A stretch of DNA of 63,685 bases, the filler included, from Octopus bimaculoides (taxonomy: Eukaryota), in the NCBI RefSeq assembly GCF_001194135.2. It is 6 parts of 6 records of this genome, joined end to end, with 100 filler letters (N's around TTAATTAATTAA, not from the genome) between each part and the next. Parts side by side here need not be neighbours in the genome. Positions count along the whole stretch, not along the records: positions 62,418 to 63,685 come from NW_026378332.1; 5 more parts are not named here. The stretch is one strand, 5' to 3'. Shown here one piece after another: positions 62,374 to 63,685 of this stretch. The notes beneath the pieces were generated by a model, which was not told the DNA's origin, ran no database searches, and was given only the letters and a program-made list of their open reading frames with translations. Made by a program: the position numbers and the translations under genes. The first letter of the stretch is position 1. Every line of letters begins with the position of its first letter.

Positions 62374-63189
62374 NNNNNNNNNNNNNNNNNNNNNNNNNNN
62401 NNNNNNNNNNNNNNNNNGTATATGTATGCTTGTATATGTGTACGTGTGTGTGTGTGTGTGTGTGTGTGTACAAAAACGTGCGAGTGTACTCGTATATATG
62501 TGTGTGTAATGTGTATGTGTGTATATGTGCGTGTGTATGCACAAGAGCATGCTTAAATTTTGTTATCATTTATAAAGTGTTATAAAAGTCGGCCGATCAT
62601 CGTCTCACTTAGAGAGGATCTCACGCAAGAAATTGGACGTGCCGTCACGGAAACACATCAAATCAGGTGTGTATATGAAGGCGTATACTAAGTCCATTTA
62701 AAAGAGATTGTCGGCAAGAGTTCCTAAAGATAAACTTATTGGGAGCTGAGGGACAGAAATAATTAACACAGTTATGACATGTATTTATATATATATATAT
62801 ATATATCATACATATACATATACATAAATGTGAGTGTATATGTATAAATGAATGTTTATATATTCGTACATACAATTACACACGCACATATGTGTGGGTG
62901 TGAGTGTTTGTGACATGCATACACACACAAAGGAAAATACATATCTTTAACTAAAGACCTATTTCTATGTGCATACGTATAAATGTATATATATATTTAC
63001 ATATCAGTGTATATATATATATTTACATATCTATGTGTGAGTATGTATATGGAACAAAGTTTCGCATTGAGCTCTATATAGAATGTTTTAATAACTTTCC
63101 AATATACTCCCATATAATGTATGTATGCGTGTGTATGCGTGTATGTGTATATATGTACGTGTGTGTAAATGCATGTAGTATTATCTATC

Positions 63190-63252
<63 letters not shown>

Positions 63253-63647
63253 TTGTCTATTTACCAGTACGAAGGTGTGGCTGACATGCGAAAAGCTCGC
63301 TTGACAACAATGCCCTTCCGATTTTATAACAACTGCAGGGCATGTTGGGTCAAAGCCTGAAATATACGCGCAGATCAACCCAAGCTTTATAAATTAGAGG
63401 TGAGTAGACGAAAATTGGAAAGTTGTAGAAGCCTCTTCGACTAGATCACGCCAGGAATTCGGAGAACAGGTAGAGGTTTCTCCCAATATGTCAAACTGAT
63501 TATACGTGACAACTATGTTACGGGTACACAGGTCTGTGGAATACATGTACACTTCGCTCGTTAATTAAATAATTGAATGGCTAGGCCTTTCAGTTGACCG
63601 AACAACGTGTCACTCATGCGTCGTAGGAATGAACTAAAGCGGCCATC

Positions 63648-63685
<38 letters not shown>

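Overview
AT-rich, microsatellite-saturated animal genomic DNA with many N gaps. The SINE repertoire and repeat landscape point to a coleoid cephalopod (Octopus-like); this is inference. The window is not one locus. Five identical 100-nt artificial spacers (44 N + TTAATTAATTAA + 44 N) split it into six blocks (1-20149, 20250-26402, 26503-35685, 35786-58678, 58779-62317, 62418-63685), most likely concatenated unplaced scaffolds. The only well-supported host gene is the 5' half of a cationic amino-acid transporter (SLC7A1-3/CAT family): six minus-strand coding exons at 27749-31147, about 256 aa, with canonical splice sites. The rest is decayed mobile DNA (RTE, CR1/L2-like, R4/Dong-type RLE and Penelope retroelements; Tc1/mariner and Chapaev-like transposons; several tRNA-headed SINE families; MITE-like foldbacks) plus simple repeats. 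Most notable observations: (1) two near-identical minimal type-I hammerhead ribozyme motifs in inverted orientation, one on each strand (13189-13236 minus, 13471-13518 plus); (2) a tandem array of a CAT splice junction that creates an in-frame alternative 5' splice site adding 10 aa after TM6; (3) several long foldback structures (~800 bp, 140 bp, a zinc-finger-coding hairpin, an inverted mariner dimer). Nearly all ORF-track entries are microsatellite or N-gap artefacts.
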